Notes: generated by a model from the letters alone, not told the origin. 64,000 bases of DNA from Minisyncoccota bacterium (GCA_963668425.1 OY764332.1:524336-588335), one strand, 5' to 3'; positions 26,605 through 37,831 are shown, numbered from the stretch's first letter. Numbers and translations: made by a program.

Positions 26605-29600
26605 ATGAATATTTCTTTGTTTCGTAGTGTTCCGCGTCTTGTTCTCTTCGGTATAGGGGTACTGCTTGCGTTGTATGTCGGTGTAACGGTTGTGTATGCA
26701 GCCACACTGGCAAGTAATACCGGTCAAACAGATGGCGGTAATCAACTTATGAACAGCACTACTGGATTGGGACAGGTGTTTACAACAGGTACTGCGCCAA
26801 GCACCCTTACGTCTGTTACCTTTGAGGTAGTTCTTGCAGCATTACAGAGTGACACTGCTCACCTTGAGGTTAGCGTACAAGGATTGAATTCTTCAGGAGA
26901 CCCGGATGGCGAAGATCTGGCATCAGTGGATTTCTTTGGTGCTACTGGTCATGACCCTATTGAGTCAACGGGAACTGTGACTGCCACCTTTGGTAATGCG
27001 CTTTCGTTGCGACCAAGTACTAGCTATGCCATTGTCTTTGACTATACTAGCACTATGCAGATCAGGGGCACCGCTGCAACTGCTGAGGACTCCTCATCTA
27101 ATGGTTGGACAATCGGAAATGTAATTCACTCTCACGATCGCTCTAGCGGTTGGTCATCAGGCACAGCTGGCGCTCTTGAGTTGGAATTTGTTGGTGATAT
27201 TGTTACTACTGCGGTATATCTTGACAGCTCCTCAGACACTGAAACAGTTACTACTGCCAATATTGCTAGCGCGAGTACTGTAGATAACCATACCAGTGAC
27301 TACACGCCAGAGCTGCAGTTGGTTGGTTTTACTTCGGGTGCTACCGTTACTGTTACGGCGACATCTGGCTCTCAAACAGATAGAGTTGTAACAAGGTCAG
27401 GTGACGGCGCGGTAACACTCCCGCCACTTGTGCCAGGGACTTGGGCGATTAGTGCTACTGATGGCACTAATACTGCCGCGACTCTTACTATAAAGATTGA
27501 GGCGTTGGCGCCTTTGCGGCTTGCGCGACCTGGTTCTGCTCAATCCAACCGTATTCATGATGGCACTTATAACGGTGTTTCCCAACCCTTTACTACAGGA
27601 TCTGATTCGTATCTTCTCACAGGCCTTTCGTATACGGTTGGGATTTTATCGCCTTCAAGCAATTCAAGTGCGACCTTTTCTGTTGCCATTCAGGGAGATG
27701 ATGGTGAGGGAAATCCTGATGGTATTCCGCTTACATATGTTGCTGTAGATCATGGTGACATTGAGTCAATAGGAGATAAGAATGTTACCTTTCCTGATGG
27801 CGGTGTTAGGTTAGCACCCTCTACGCAGTACCATGTGGTATTTCGTTACTCTTCTAACACGGCTGATCTTCGGCTTGCATTTCGGCAGATCTTTTCTCAA
27901 CCGCCGACGTCTTCTGCTGGATGGAGTTTTTCAGGTCAATCCATTGGCTACCGCGTTAGTGACAGTTCCTGGGTTGATCATCTTAACTGGAGCGGTCATT
28001 ATCTGCAGTTGGGATTTTTTGGGTTTGATACTGATGACTCTCGTGCAATTATTCTAGAATCTGCTTCAGACACAGGATCAAGTAATTCTGATGGCATAAC
28101 AAGTGACTTTACTCCTTCTGTCACAGTTTCTGGGTTTGGTGATGATGAAAGAGTAACCGTTTTGTTTGCTAATGCCGATACTACTACTTCTCCAATATCT
28201 CTGGTAGCAAATCTTGGGGATGGAGATATCTTGGGTACGCGTTCATTTGCAGAAGGGGTGTGGAAGGCGTATGCACGAACGACAGTGGGTGGTGCTATTA
28301 TTTCTACCCCTGCCACACGGATAGAGATTGACAGAACAGCCCCAGCACTCTCTGGTGCAGTTGCTATAGGTGTGACCGGTGATACTACCCCTGACTTTAC
28401 TTTTACCTCTTCTGAGGCAGGAACAATTGTAGTAGGGGGGAGCTGTGTCTCTACTGATACGGTACTGCAAGAAGGGGAAAATACTATTACCTTTACCACA
28501 GCACTTACTGCCGGTACTACCTACTCTGACTGTACTATTACACCAACAGACGTGGCAGGAAATCAAGGTACCGCTCTAACAGTTCCGTCTTTTACTGTCC
28601 TTTCGCAATTGGTTTCTAATGAAGGGGAATCTAGTTCAGACGGTAATATTATTGGAGGGAATAGTGAGTATGTAATGGCAAATAGGATTACTGTTTCAAG
28701 TACTGTCACTGCCCCTTATACCCTTGAACAGCTATTTTTCAATGTTAGCACGGCAGCACCGACAGCCACCACTGGTGATTTTACGGTTAGTGTGCAACAA
28801 GAGCATTCTAGCGAACAGCGTCCAGGCGGTACGGATCTTGCCACTGTCACTATTCCAAGTAGCGATCATGCGTACCTTGAGAGTACAGGGGTAAAGAGCG
28901 TAACCTTTTCTTCCCCCGCGATATTGCAACCAGGTGTGGACTATTGGGTGGTATTTTCCTATTCTAATACCTCTTCGGCAAGCACCTTTAGCTTAGCGCG
29001 GACTACGTCTGCCAATCAAGCAGGATTGACTGGTTGGGGCATAGGAGATGTTTGTCGTCAAACTAGTTCCACAGATTCTACTTGGACAGATTGTGCCGGT
29101 AGTTCGGTGCTAGTGGTTGGGCTGTATGGAAGAGAGATAGCACAAAGCGTTGCCCTGAAGACCAGTTCAGACACAGGGGAGAGTACCTCTGACAATATAA
29201 CAAACGACGCAACACCTACTATTGTAATTGATGGGTTTGATAGCACTCCGGCGATAACCGTTACGGCAGATCACGCTTCTGCGGCTGATGTTACTGTGAG
29301 TCGTGATGGTGACGGTGATGTTACTCTTGGGACGCTTGCAGACGGTACCTGGACGATTACCGCTAGTGCTGGGGGGAATACCTCTCCGGCATTAACCATA
29401 TATGTTGACACCACTGATCCATCTGTTTCGGCGTTAACGACAGCAACATTTTTCACAGGGCACCTTGGTAGCTCTGATACCTATATCAATAAGGCGGATA
29501 GTGACGCGAGTGCACAAGCTCTCTTTACGGCGCCTACCGGCTCTGACACCCATGGAAGCTACCGCTTCTTTTATGCGGTAGTGTCGTCAAGTACCGACTG

Positions 29601-32600
29601 TTCTACGCAGAGTATTACTGCTACTGCCATTCCTGAAACTGATGATGTGACCACTGATGGCACCTACAAGGCATGTGTTACGGTAGAGGACGTGGCGGGG
29701 AATACACAAACTCTTACTTCTCCTACCTTTACCAGAGACACCGTGGTGCCGGTGCTCTCTCAACCTTTAAGTATTGGCTCTGTTTCAAATCCTACCCCTG
29801 CCTTTACCTTCACCTCTTCTGAGGTAGGAGCAGTGACAGTTGGCGGGTCATGTAGTGCCGGTGCCGCGACTGCGACTGCATCGGCTACTACCATCACACT
29901 ATCAACGCTTTCCCCCGGTACCTACGGCAACTGTACTGTGACGGTTACCGATGTTGCAGGCAACGCGTCTGCCGCATTGTCTATTCCAAGCTTTACTATC
30001 ATCGCAGCGTCAATCACTATTAGCATGTCATCTGATCCCGCGAAACTTCGTGTTGCTATTGCGACCGTTACGGGAGATAGTCCGTCAGACCTGCTCTGGG
30101 CACTCTATGATCCGAATGCTACTCCTACTCCTACCTGTGCCGGCTCTACTAGTAATGTGGTATGGGACGCTAATCAGTCATACACCTCAGGCGCTGAGGT
30201 ATTCGTGGGTACTGTAGAAGCAGACAACGGAAAGAAGGTGTGTTTCAGGGCAACTGTCAACGGTGCTGTTATATACCAATCATCGGATGCTATTGTCGGT
30301 ATTGACAGGACTCCGCCCGTTGCGCCAACACAAACCCCTGACCTTGTTGCAGCTGGTGATACTGGGTCTTCTGACACTGACAATATTACAAACCAAACCA
30401 CCGGTCTTAGTTTTACTATTGGTGGACTTGCAGCAGAAAACGGTGGTGTCGTAACATTCTGGTCAGGGTCAACAAGTCTTGAAATTGCTCGTATTAATAA
30501 TGGTACTGCTACTGTGACTGGTGTTATACTTGCTGAAGGAGTTCATGAGATCACCGCAAGAGCCATTGATGTGGCAGCAAACACAGGACCTGCCTCTCCC
30601 GCGCTAACAGTAACAGTTGATACCACGGCACCTGCTGCCCCTGGTATTGCACTGTCTTCTGACACAGGAAGTAGTTCCAGTGACAAAAAGACCAATGATG
30701 CCACCCTCGCTATCTCTAGTATTGAGGCAGGGGCAACCTGGGAGTACAAGCTGGACACTAATGGTGACAGTGATACTGATAACGATGGTAATCCAGCGAC
30801 AAACGATGATTTGGATGGTATAAGTTTTTCTAGTGGTACTGGTACCACAATCCCAAAAACAGCATTTTCTGGCGCGACGGATGGTATACAGCGGGTACTG
30901 GCGCGTCAAACAGACGTAGCAGGAAACATCTCAGCGAGTTCAGCAGTATTTGACTTTACCTTGGACACCACAAACCCTACTATTGCTAACCCTGTACATG
31001 CCACAGTACTGGCTTCCAATGCTGGGTATCTCAACCTTGCGGGGTTTGCTGGCACCCCTCAGGATCTGGTTCTTGCAGCTGTTGCCACAGATGCCGGAGG
31101 TTCGGTGACTGTTACCTATGCGGTGGGAGCAGGATCTACTCCTGATTGTTCAGCAAACACCTTGACGTATGCATCTGCTATCCCGCAGACCGATGATGTG
31201 ACAGGGGCTGATGGAGATTACTCCGTATGTGTGAAAGGGGTTGATGTGGCGGGGAATATTCATTATGCTAAGACCTCCTTTATAAAAGACACCACCCCAC
31301 CGGCACAGATAACCGCCCTTGATCTGGTGACCGCTGAGGACACGTATGCGGATGTTAATGGTGATGGTGCCTACAATAGTTCTGTTGACTTTGGTTCAAA
31401 TACGGACAACATTACGTCAGACGATGATGTTACCTTTACCATGTCAGGGAAACAAGGATCAGGATCTCTTGTAATTACTGCGGACCCTGCGACAGCGGGC
31501 TCTATTGATAAACAGAAACGTATTACGTTATCCTCTTCAAATTCTGCTAATAGCGTGGCGCATGCGTTTGATTTTAGTGGTGATGATGACACCTATAGTG
31601 TTACAGCAGTACAGATCGACCGTGCGGGAAACCCGTCAACGCCATCAGCAGCGTTATCAGTAACCATAGATACGACTGCACCGAATCTCACTCCAACCAT
31701 TGACCTTAAAGCGAGTTCGGATACAGGAGTAAGCAACACTGACAACTATACCAACGCTGAGCAAATGGAATTTACCATTGGATCGCTTACTGAGGCAAAT
31801 CTGCGTGCTATTTTGAAAGCTGGGAGCACTGTTCTCTCTTCGCAAACTGGCGGGTTCGCGGATTATGCGACTGCAACTACTACTGATTTGACATGGGATA
31901 ACCGTACCGTTAAGAGTGAAGCCGATACCACGATTGGTGTTGTGCTCTACGACCAGGCGGGTAACAAACAAGATTTTACTAGTTCACTGACGGTGTACCC
32001 TGACTATACGGTGAGTGCGCCATTTTTCTCTAGGCATAGTTCACACGATTCAGGAGCGAGTAATTCAGATGGTATCACAAACAATCAACAGCTTGCATTT
32101 ACTCTTGCATCTGTTGAGGTAAAGACCACAAACCGAGGAAACGGTGCGCAGGTTACGGTTTACGATGACAGCTCAACCACCTCGGACCCAAGTGCCGGAT
32201 CTGCTGTTGCCTTGGCATCTGAGGTGGGGCATAGTAATGCTGACGTTACCAATAGCTCACATCTATTGACAACTAGTAAATCAGATTATGCTAACGGAAA
32301 GCACACCTTCTATGCGTGTCAGGAAGATGATGCAGGAAACAGCGCATGCTCATTGGCGGCACCATGGGTAGTTGACATTACCGCGCCAGATGCACCGGGG
32401 GCACCAGATTTACACCAAGATGATGACTCGCGAGGAGCGCATGCAAACAGCGCCCGTGACGGTACTGATGAGGATGACATTACCAACAGTACCACAGAAC
32501 TTGATTTTGCTGTGCAGGCATCAGGATCAAACGTAGAGACAAACGGGGCACATGACCAGCACCAGATACGCTTTTACCTGTGGACTAAGGCAGACGCAGC

Positions 32601-35600
32601 GGACACTTCGGTTGGGGATAGTGAACTCACCGAGCTCAAATCAGTTGCTGTAGATGCCGCATCTAACATACAAACCATTAGTGATGCTGGCTATGTTGCC
32701 AATGGAGAGCGTGGAGCAACAAAGCAGCTCTACACCTCAACAGATACTGCCCTTACCGATGGTTTCCACTACTTTGTCGCCAAGCAGTATGATGTGGCAG
32801 GTAACCTCTCGGCAGTATCAGACGCATTGCGTATATTTGTTGACACACAAGCACCGGACTCTATTACCGTTGACCCAACCCTGCACCCAACCAGTGACTC
32901 TGGAACATCAGACAATGACAAGCAAACCTCATCAGTAGATCTGCTTTTCACTTTTAATCCAACACCAATGTCAGGAGACATTGACTACTTTGAGGTACGA
33001 AGAAAGCGACTCAATAGCGATTTGTCCTCTGCGGAAACCACCTTTACCTACCCGTCAGACGCAGACACCGTAGAGCAGACATCGTATGAGTTCCTTGCAA
33101 AAAACGCAGCCCAAAGCGCTCTTGTCGCAGAGGCAGGGAACACCTACGCAGACGGTGCTTACGCATCTGGTGGTGCCGTGAAGATCTCCGCCATGGATAT
33201 CTCACACTTTAACACCTGGTATGCCTTCAGCATCTATGCCGTTGACATCGCCGGAAACGTGCGACAAGGTTCTAACTCTACCAACGTGCGTATTTTAGTA
33301 CCACCACCAACTCCTACCAAGATGGACCTGTCAGCTACCAAGGACTCAGGAGCACTAGACACAGACAACACTACCAATGAAACCTCTTGGACACTATCTG
33401 GTAGCTATCAGAACACCTCACAAGCAGAGCAAGACAATGACGCAGCAGCCGGCGTAAAAAGAATTGTCGTTAGTGTTAGTAAGCTTGACAGTCAGAATCA
33501 AGCAACAGAAACCCTCACCCACACCTTTACCACAGACACTGACCAAAACTTAACCAACGACATTGCTGTGCCATCTAATGCAAATGATCCCTACACCTAC
33601 ACCTACACCTTTGACGCCACCACCTTCACCACTCTAGAGGACGGTGCTTACCTTGTCACCGCAGCAGCTTACAACAGTGCAGGAGAAACAGGAGGACAGT
33701 CAGCTTCACTGACCATCACCCTTGATAGAGTCGCACCAACACCAGAGGAGCACATCACCCTACGTACCAAGTCCTTTACCGGATCAACCAACCAAGAATA
33801 TATCTTCTCCTACGCAAACCCATCAAACAACGAGCCAAACGCATCAATTGTTCTGGCAGACGCAGACGGTGCTACTGTCAGGACCCTTGACAGCACAAAC
33901 CCTACCTACACCCACACAACCGCCAATGCTATCACCGAATACACCGCAACGTACATTGATGCAGCAGGAAACAGTTCAGAAGCAGTTACCCTCCTTGCCG
34001 TATCACTCCCCCCAACCCTCACCTCGTATACCACCGCGACAAACAGCTACATCGTTATCGCCGCACCCCAGCAAGGAGCAACTATCGCCACAACCACACA
34101 GTACAACGCACAGTCATCCAACCTCTGTGATCCAACTGGATCACGCATTAGTGCGGCAACCTTTGCAACAAATGAAATCAAGACATCAGTAACCACGGAC
34201 TACTGTGTAGAAGCAGTGGACTCAGCAGGGAACGTCAGAACTATTAGAATTAAAGCAGACGCAAACGATCTCATCGCAAACGCTGCAGTACATGACGAAG
34301 ATGATGCAGGAAGCAGTCAGCATGACAACAAGACAAATATCCCAAACCCACGATACACCGCAACCACCCTACCAGGTTCAACGGTACGCATGCAGTCAAG
34401 AATACAAGCATCTCCAGCAAACACTTGGACAGACATACACACCGTTACCGCAGACGCAGACACCGGTATGTTTACCATCCAAACTATTCTTCCTGACCCG
34501 GTAACCGCTGATGCTGTTGTAGAGCTTCAGGGCTTTGTCAGTAACGCAACACTCGGCACCTCTGCGATTGGTCCTATTACCCTTTCTCCTGTTACCCTTG
34601 ACGTGACCGCACCTCAGGCACCCAGCGCCCCTGCCCTTGCAGCAGGAGACGACACGGGGTCAGTGAACAGTGATGCTGTTACCAGCACCACCACTAACCT
34701 CACCTTTGCCTACACCGGTCTTTCAGCGGAGAATGGAGGGTTTGTGAGAATGTATGCAGGTTCAACCCTCTTAGGTGCAACTGTTATCGCATCTGGCAGC
34801 GCCTCTGTTTCCATTACCCTCGCAGAAGGTGTCCACACCCTTGTCGCAAAGCTCATTGACGAGGCAGGGAATGAAGGACCCGCATCACCACCCCTTACCG
34901 TGACGATAGACACTACCGATCCAGCTATCACTATCATCCGACTCAATGATGAGGACACCACCATTGATGTAAACACCAGATTCATCGCAGTAGCAGCAGA
35001 TCAGACATCTCTCATCTTCAAGGTAGCTGAGGAGACCAAGGCATCCTGTACCGCACGCACCATAGATGCAAACACCGCATACACATCAGGAGCTCTGTAT
35101 GACCCGAGTGACTCTTCAACAAATGGCTACTGTTTCGTTGTCACCGACCTAGCAGGCAACAGAGCAACTATGCACACCGATGACGCTATTGAAGGAGTCG
35201 GCTCCTTTGCTATCCAAGGAGGCACAGACGAATCAGGAACACTCTACACCACCTCAGGTACCAAGACCATCACCGGTGTTACTGCACCAGAGGCACAGGT
35301 ACTCATCAAGCTGGCAGACGCAACAGATGACCCCTCAACGTACACCACCAGTAACCTGCAGGACACCTCATTTGCAACCATCTCCTTTGCTATACCAACC
35401 GGCGAGACAACCTTTGAGCAACCCCTCAGTATTGGATCAGGTGACACCGGCAAGAAGGTGGTCGGATGGATATGGACGGATGCAGCTGATGCAACCACTG
35501 CAACCCCAGCAATCACCCTCGGTACCTTGACGGTAGACGACACTGCACCAACTATTACCGCAGGAGTCATCGCATCAAGCAACGCAAACCCCGCCTTTGC

Positions 35601-37440
35601 AAAGCAAGGAGACACTATCACCGCATCCTTTACTACCTCAGAAGCAATCATCGCAGAGACCACCACTATCAACGGCATCCCCGCATCCTGTTCTGACACC
35701 AACAACACCTTCTCCTGTGCTGCAACCCTTACCAACGTAGCGACTGAAGGACCTGCAACGGTTGTAATAGCGGTCACTGACAAAGCAGGGAATACCACGA
35801 ACAGAACTATCACCAACCCCGACATCACCGTAGATGCTATGGCACCAGCAGTAACCATCACCAACCTCAGAACAAAACACCTCGCCACAACTGGCACTCA
35901 AACCTTTACCCTCACTATTACCGATACCAACCAAATCAACCCCGGTACCTACGTCTTCACCGCAACCGGAGCAACCCTTTCAACCTGTCAGATTGTTGTA
36001 CCGGCAACCAGCAACAACGAACAAACAACCTGTACCATCACCACCTCTTCGGCTACAGACGGCACCGCTGTGTCACTGACCGTACCAACCCTCACTGATG
36101 CCTCAGGAAACACCAAAGTATCTCACCAGACAACCCTCGGCTACGTAGACACCCAAGCACCAACCATCACCTCAATCACCTCATTTGACGACTCACGAAC
36201 AAAGAAGTTTTCCTTTACCGTAGCTGTAACCCACAACCAACACACAAGCAACACCAACCCAGAAACCCTCACCGCAGTATTTTCAGGAGATTGCAGTAGA
36301 TTTGAAGCAGAGACAGATACCTGGACCGGTACCACCACCGGCACCTACACCACTACCTTCTCCGCACCAAAAGGTACATACAAAACCTGTACTCTCGCTC
36401 TCAGAGATGAAGCAGGTAACACCTCAGCAACCCAGACCTTTGACCAGTTCACTGTCAAAGGTGGAGGAGGGATAGGGCGTATCGGAGACGTTGCCCGCAA
36501 TGCTATCTCCTCCCTCTTTGATGTGTTTGATGGAGCTGAGCAGCCAACCCCAACCCCAATTGTCCCACCAACAACACCTGTCTTTGACATCGGACAACCG
36601 GGACAACAAGAGCAAACGGCTGCGTTTATTGAAGAGGCAACCTCCTTCACCAGAGACCTCACCATTGGCTCAATCGGAGAAGATGTCAGAGCACTCCAGA
36701 AGATGCTCAACACCCTCGGCTTCATCGTGTCTACAACCGGAGCAGGATCTCCAGGAGCAGAGAGTACTTACTTTGGCGAGAAGACCAGACAAGCCCTCAT
36801 TCGTTATCAAGAGGCAAACAGTATTACTCCAGCATTCGGTTACTTTGGACCACGTACCAGAGCGCATATACAAGGACAAGGACAACTTCAGCCAACAGCA
36901 CCAGTAGAAGAGGTTAGATCATTTGTTGATACAGCGACAGAAGAAGAGCAACAACCAGCACCAACAGTGTCTACTGTAGCTGAAGAGGCACCCTTTGCCG
37001 GCTTTACCAGAGACCTCACTATCGGCTCAGTCGGAGCAGATGTCAGAGCACTCCAAAGCATGCTCAACACCCTTGGCTTTATCGTGTCTACAACTGGAGC
37101 AGGATCTCCAGGAGCAGAGAGTGTCTACTTTGGCGAGAAGACCAGACAAGCCCTTATCCGTTACCAAGAGGCAAACAGTATCACCCCGGCATTAGGTTAC
37201 TTTGGACCACGTACCAGAGCGCAGGTACAAAGGAAGCAACCAGTAGAAGAAGTTAGATCATCTATTGAAACGGCAGAACAAGAGGAAGAGGAGCGACGAG
37301 AACAACAGCCGTCTCCTGAACAACAGCAACAAGCACAGCCGACACAAGAGCAAGAAGGGGATGTCACGGACTATGAACCAATCACTAACCCACTATTCCG
37401 TGTGCGTACACTGCCTTCCCATGGAGCACCAAGTTTTTAG
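26605..37440 (+). CDS. giant surface protein 1 (3611 aa): N-terminal anchor, three copies of a non-Ig about 150-aa module, Ig-like tandem repeats, two C-terminal peptidoglycan-binding domains
   Basis: ATG at 26605 (the track start at 26599 is GTG). The hydrophobic N-terminus is RLVLFGIGVLLALYVGVTVVYAA. More than 30 repeats end in …(V/I)D(T/R)TAP and carry SSDTGSSNSDGITSDFTPSVTVSG-type bacterial Ig-like motifs. Two PG_binding_1-like repeats follow (FTRDLTIGSIGEDVRALQKMLNTLGF…GYFGPRTRA), and the protein ends LFRVRTLPSHGAPSF. Confidence 0.85.
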   Translation: MNISLFRSVPRLVLFGIGVLLALYVGVTVVYAATLASNTGQTDGGNQLMNSTTGLGQVFTTGTAPSTLTSVTFEVVLAALQSDTAHLEVSVQGLNSSGDPDGEDLASVDFFGATGHDPIESTGTVTATFGNALSLRPSTSYAIVFDYTSTMQIRGTAATAEDSSSNGWTIGNVIHSHDRSSGWSSGTAGALELEFVGDIVTTAVYLDSSSDTETVTTANIASASTVDNHTSDYTPELQLVGFTSGATVTVTATSGSQTDRVVTRSGDGAVTLPPLVPGTWAISATDGTNTAATLTIKIEALAPLRLARPGSAQSNRIHDGTYNGVSQPFTTGSDSYLLTGLSYTVGILSPSSNSSATFSVAIQGDDGEGNPDGIPLTYVAVDHGDIESIGDKNVTFPDGGVRLAPSTQYHVVFRYSSNTADLRLAFRQIFSQPPTSSAGWSFSGQSIGYRVSDSSWVDHLNWSGHYLQLGFFGFDTDDSRAIILESASDTGSSNSDGITSDFTPSVTVSGFGDDERVTVLFANADTTTSPISLVANLGDGDILGTRSFAEGVWKAYARTTVGGAIISTPATRIEIDRTAPALSGAVAIGVTGDTTPDFTFTSSEAGTIVVGGSCVSTDTVLQEGENTITFTTALTAGTTYSDCTITPTDVAGNQGTALTVPSFTVLSQLVSNEGESSSDGNIIGGNSEYVMANRITVSSTVTAPYTLEQLFFNVSTAAPTATTGDFTVSVQQEHSSEQRPGGTDLATVTIPSSDHAYLESTGVKSVTFSSPAILQPGVDYWVVFSYSNTSSASTFSLARTTSANQAGLTGWGIGDVCRQTSSTDSTWTDCAGSSVLVVGLYGREIAQSVALKTSSDTGESTSDNITNDATPTIVIDGFDSTPAITVTADHASAADVTVSRDGDGDVTLGTLADGTWTITASAGGNTSPALTIYVDTTDPSVSALTTATFFTGHLGSSDTYINKADSDASAQALFTAPTGSDTHGSYRFFYAVVSSSTDCSTQSITATAIPETDDVTTDGTYKACVTVEDVAGNTQTLTSPTFTRDTVVPVLSQPLSIGSVSNPTPAFTFTSSEVGAVTVGGSCSAGAATATASATTITLSTLSPGTYGNCTVTVTDVAGNASAALSIPSFTIIAASITISMSSDPAKLRVAIATVTGDSPSDLLWALYDPNATPTPTCAGSTSNVVWDANQSYTSGAEVFVGTVEADNGKKVCFRATVNGAVIYQSSDAIVGIDRTPPVAPTQTPDLVAAGDTGSSDTDNITNQTTGLSFTIGGLAAENGGVVTFWSGSTSLEIARINNGTATVTGVILAEGVHEITARAIDVAANTGPASPALTVTVDTTAPAAPGIALSSDTGSSSSDKKTNDATLAISSIEAGATWEYKLDTNGDSDTDNDGNPATNDDLDGISFSSGTGTTIPKTAFSGATDGIQRVLARQTDVAGNISASSAVFDFTLDTTNPTIANPVHATVLASNAGYLNLAGFAGTPQDLVLAAVATDAGGSVTVTYAVGAGSTPDCSANTLTYASAIPQTDDVTGADGDYSVCVKGVDVAGNIHYAKTSFIKDTTPPAQITALDLVTAEDTYADVNGDGAYNSSVDFGSNTDNITSDDDVTFTMSGKQGSGSLVITADPATAGSIDKQKRITLSSSNSANSVAHAFDFSGDDDTYSVTAVQIDRAGNPSTPSAALSVTIDTTAPNLTPTIDLKASSDTGVSNTDNYTNAEQMEFTIGSLTEANLRAILKAGSTVLSSQTGGFADYATATTTDLTWDNRTVKSEADTTIGVVLYDQAGNKQDFTSSLTVYPDYTVSAPFFSRHSSHDSGASNSDGITNNQQLAFTLASVEVKTTNRGNGAQVTVYDDSSTTSDPSAGSAVALASEVGHSNADVTNSSHLLTTSKSDYANGKHTFYACQEDDAGNSACSLAAPWVVDITAPDAPGAPDLHQDDDSRGAHANSARDGTDEDDITNSTTELDFAVQASGSNVETNGAHDQHQIRFYLWTKADAADTSVGDSELTELKSVAVDAASNIQTISDAGYVANGERGATKQLYTSTDTALTDGFHYFVAKQYDVAGNLSAVSDALRIFVDTQAPDSITVDPTLHPTSDSGTSDNDKQTSSVDLLFTFNPTPMSGDIDYFEVRRKRLNSDLSSAETTFTYPSDADTVEQTSYEFLAKNAAQSALVAEAGNTYADGAYASGGAVKISAMDISHFNTWYAFSIYAVDIAGNVRQGSNSTNVRILVPPPTPTKMDLSATKDSGALDTDNTTNETSWTLSGSYQNTSQAEQDNDAAAGVKRIVVSVSKLDSQNQATETLTHTFTTDTDQNLTNDIAVPSNANDPYTYTYTFDATTFTTLEDGAYLVTAAAYNSAGETGGQSASLTITLDRVAPTPEEHITLRTKSFTGSTNQEYIFSYANPSNNEPNASIVLADADGATVRTLDSTNPTYTHTTANAITEYTATYIDAAGNSSEAVTLLAVSLPPTLTSYTTATNSYIVIAAPQQGATIATTTQYNAQSSNLCDPTGSRISAATFATNEIKTSVTTDYCVEAVDSAGNVRTIRIKADANDLIANAAVHDEDDAGSSQHDNKTNIPNPRYTATTLPGSTVRMQSRIQASPANTWTDIHTVTADADTGMFTIQTILPDPVTADAVVELQGFVSNATLGTSAIGPITLSPVTLDVTAPQAPSAPALAAGDDTGSVNSDAVTSTTTNLTFAYTGLSAENGGFVRMYAGSTLLGATVIASGSASVSITLAEGVHTLVAKLIDEAGNEGPASPPLTVTIDTTDPAITIIRLNDEDTTIDVNTRFIAVAADQTSLIFKVAEETKASCTARTIDANTAYTSGALYDPSDSSTNGYCFVVTDLAGNRATMHTDDAIEGVGSFAIQGGTDESGTLYTTSGTKTITGVTAPEAQVLIKLADATDDPSTYTTSNLQDTSFATISFAIPTGETTFEQPLSIGSGDTGKKVVGWIWTDAADATTATPAITLGTLTVDDTAPTITAGVIASSNANPAFAKQGDTITASFTTSEAIIAETTTINGIPASCSDTNNTFSCAATLTNVATEGPATVVIAVTDKAGNTTNRTITNPDITVDAMAPAVTITNLRTKHLATTGTQTFTLTITDTNQINPGTYVFTATGATLSTCQIVVPATSNNEQTTCTITTSSATDGTAVSLTVPTLTDASGNTKVSHQTTLGYVDTQAPTITSITSFDDSRTKKFSFTVAVTHNQHTSNTNPETLTAVFSGDCSRFEAETDTWTGTTTGTYTTTFSAPKGTYKTCTLALRDEAGNTSATQTFDQFTVKGGGGIGRIGDVARNAISSLFDVFDGAEQPTPTPIVPPTTPVFDIGQPGQQEQTAAFIEEATSFTRDLTIGSIGEDVRALQKMLNTLGFIVSTTGAGSPGAESTYFGEKTRQALIRYQEANSITPAFGYFGPRTRAHIQGQGQLQPTAPVEEVRSFVDTATEEEQQPAPTVSTVAEEAPFAGFTRDLTIGSVGADVRALQSMLNTLGFIVSTTGAGSPGAESVYFGEKTRQALIRYQEANSITPALGYFGPRTRAQVQRKQPVEEVRSSIETAEQEEEERREQQPSPEQQQQAQPTQEQEGDVTDYEPITNPLFRVRTLPSHGAPSF
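32383..37440. repeat. about 5-kb segmental duplication, copy in giant gene 1 (near-identical to 49069-54579)
   Basis: Long runs of nucleotide identity; the identical 156-aa and 94/139-aa out-of-frame ORFs in the track at 33722/50396 and 32654/49328 are by-products of the duplication. Confidence 0.8.
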
Positions 37441-37461
37441 TCACTGAACGCTCTTAGATAT

Positions 37462-37831
37462 ATGACAACCACTATAACAGAGCCATATAGAAAGGGACAA
37501 ATAACCACACCCATCAGCAAACCCTTTCTTGACGAAGCCATTGAGCCGTCAGAGAGTAAGCGTATGAGGTGTGCTAAAGGTGCCTCTTTTGCATCTCAGA
37601 TACTAAGAGGAGATGTTGTTGACGCAGTTAACAAAAAGACTAATCCAATCTTGTATACATGGAAATAATGGGAGAGCTTTAATACCTTTTGCGGGTTCAG
37701 GTTCAGAATGTGTCGTGGCAGAATCTCTTGGCATAGGATATGTAGGTATAGAAATAAATCCTGAATATGTTGAATATGCTGAAAAATGGTTACTTTCATA
37801 CAAAAGGCGACTATCCCTTGACACCGCGTGA
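37462..37831 (+). pseudogene. DNA methyltransferase C-terminal fragment (frameshifted remnant)
   Basis: Two overlapping frames; the second encodes ALIPFAGSGSECVVAESLGIGYVGIEINPEYVEYAEKW, which is the motif I (DPFxGSGTT-like) and GIE…PEY C-terminal region of beta-class N4/N6 MTases, with no N-terminal catalytic half. Confidence 0.5.
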
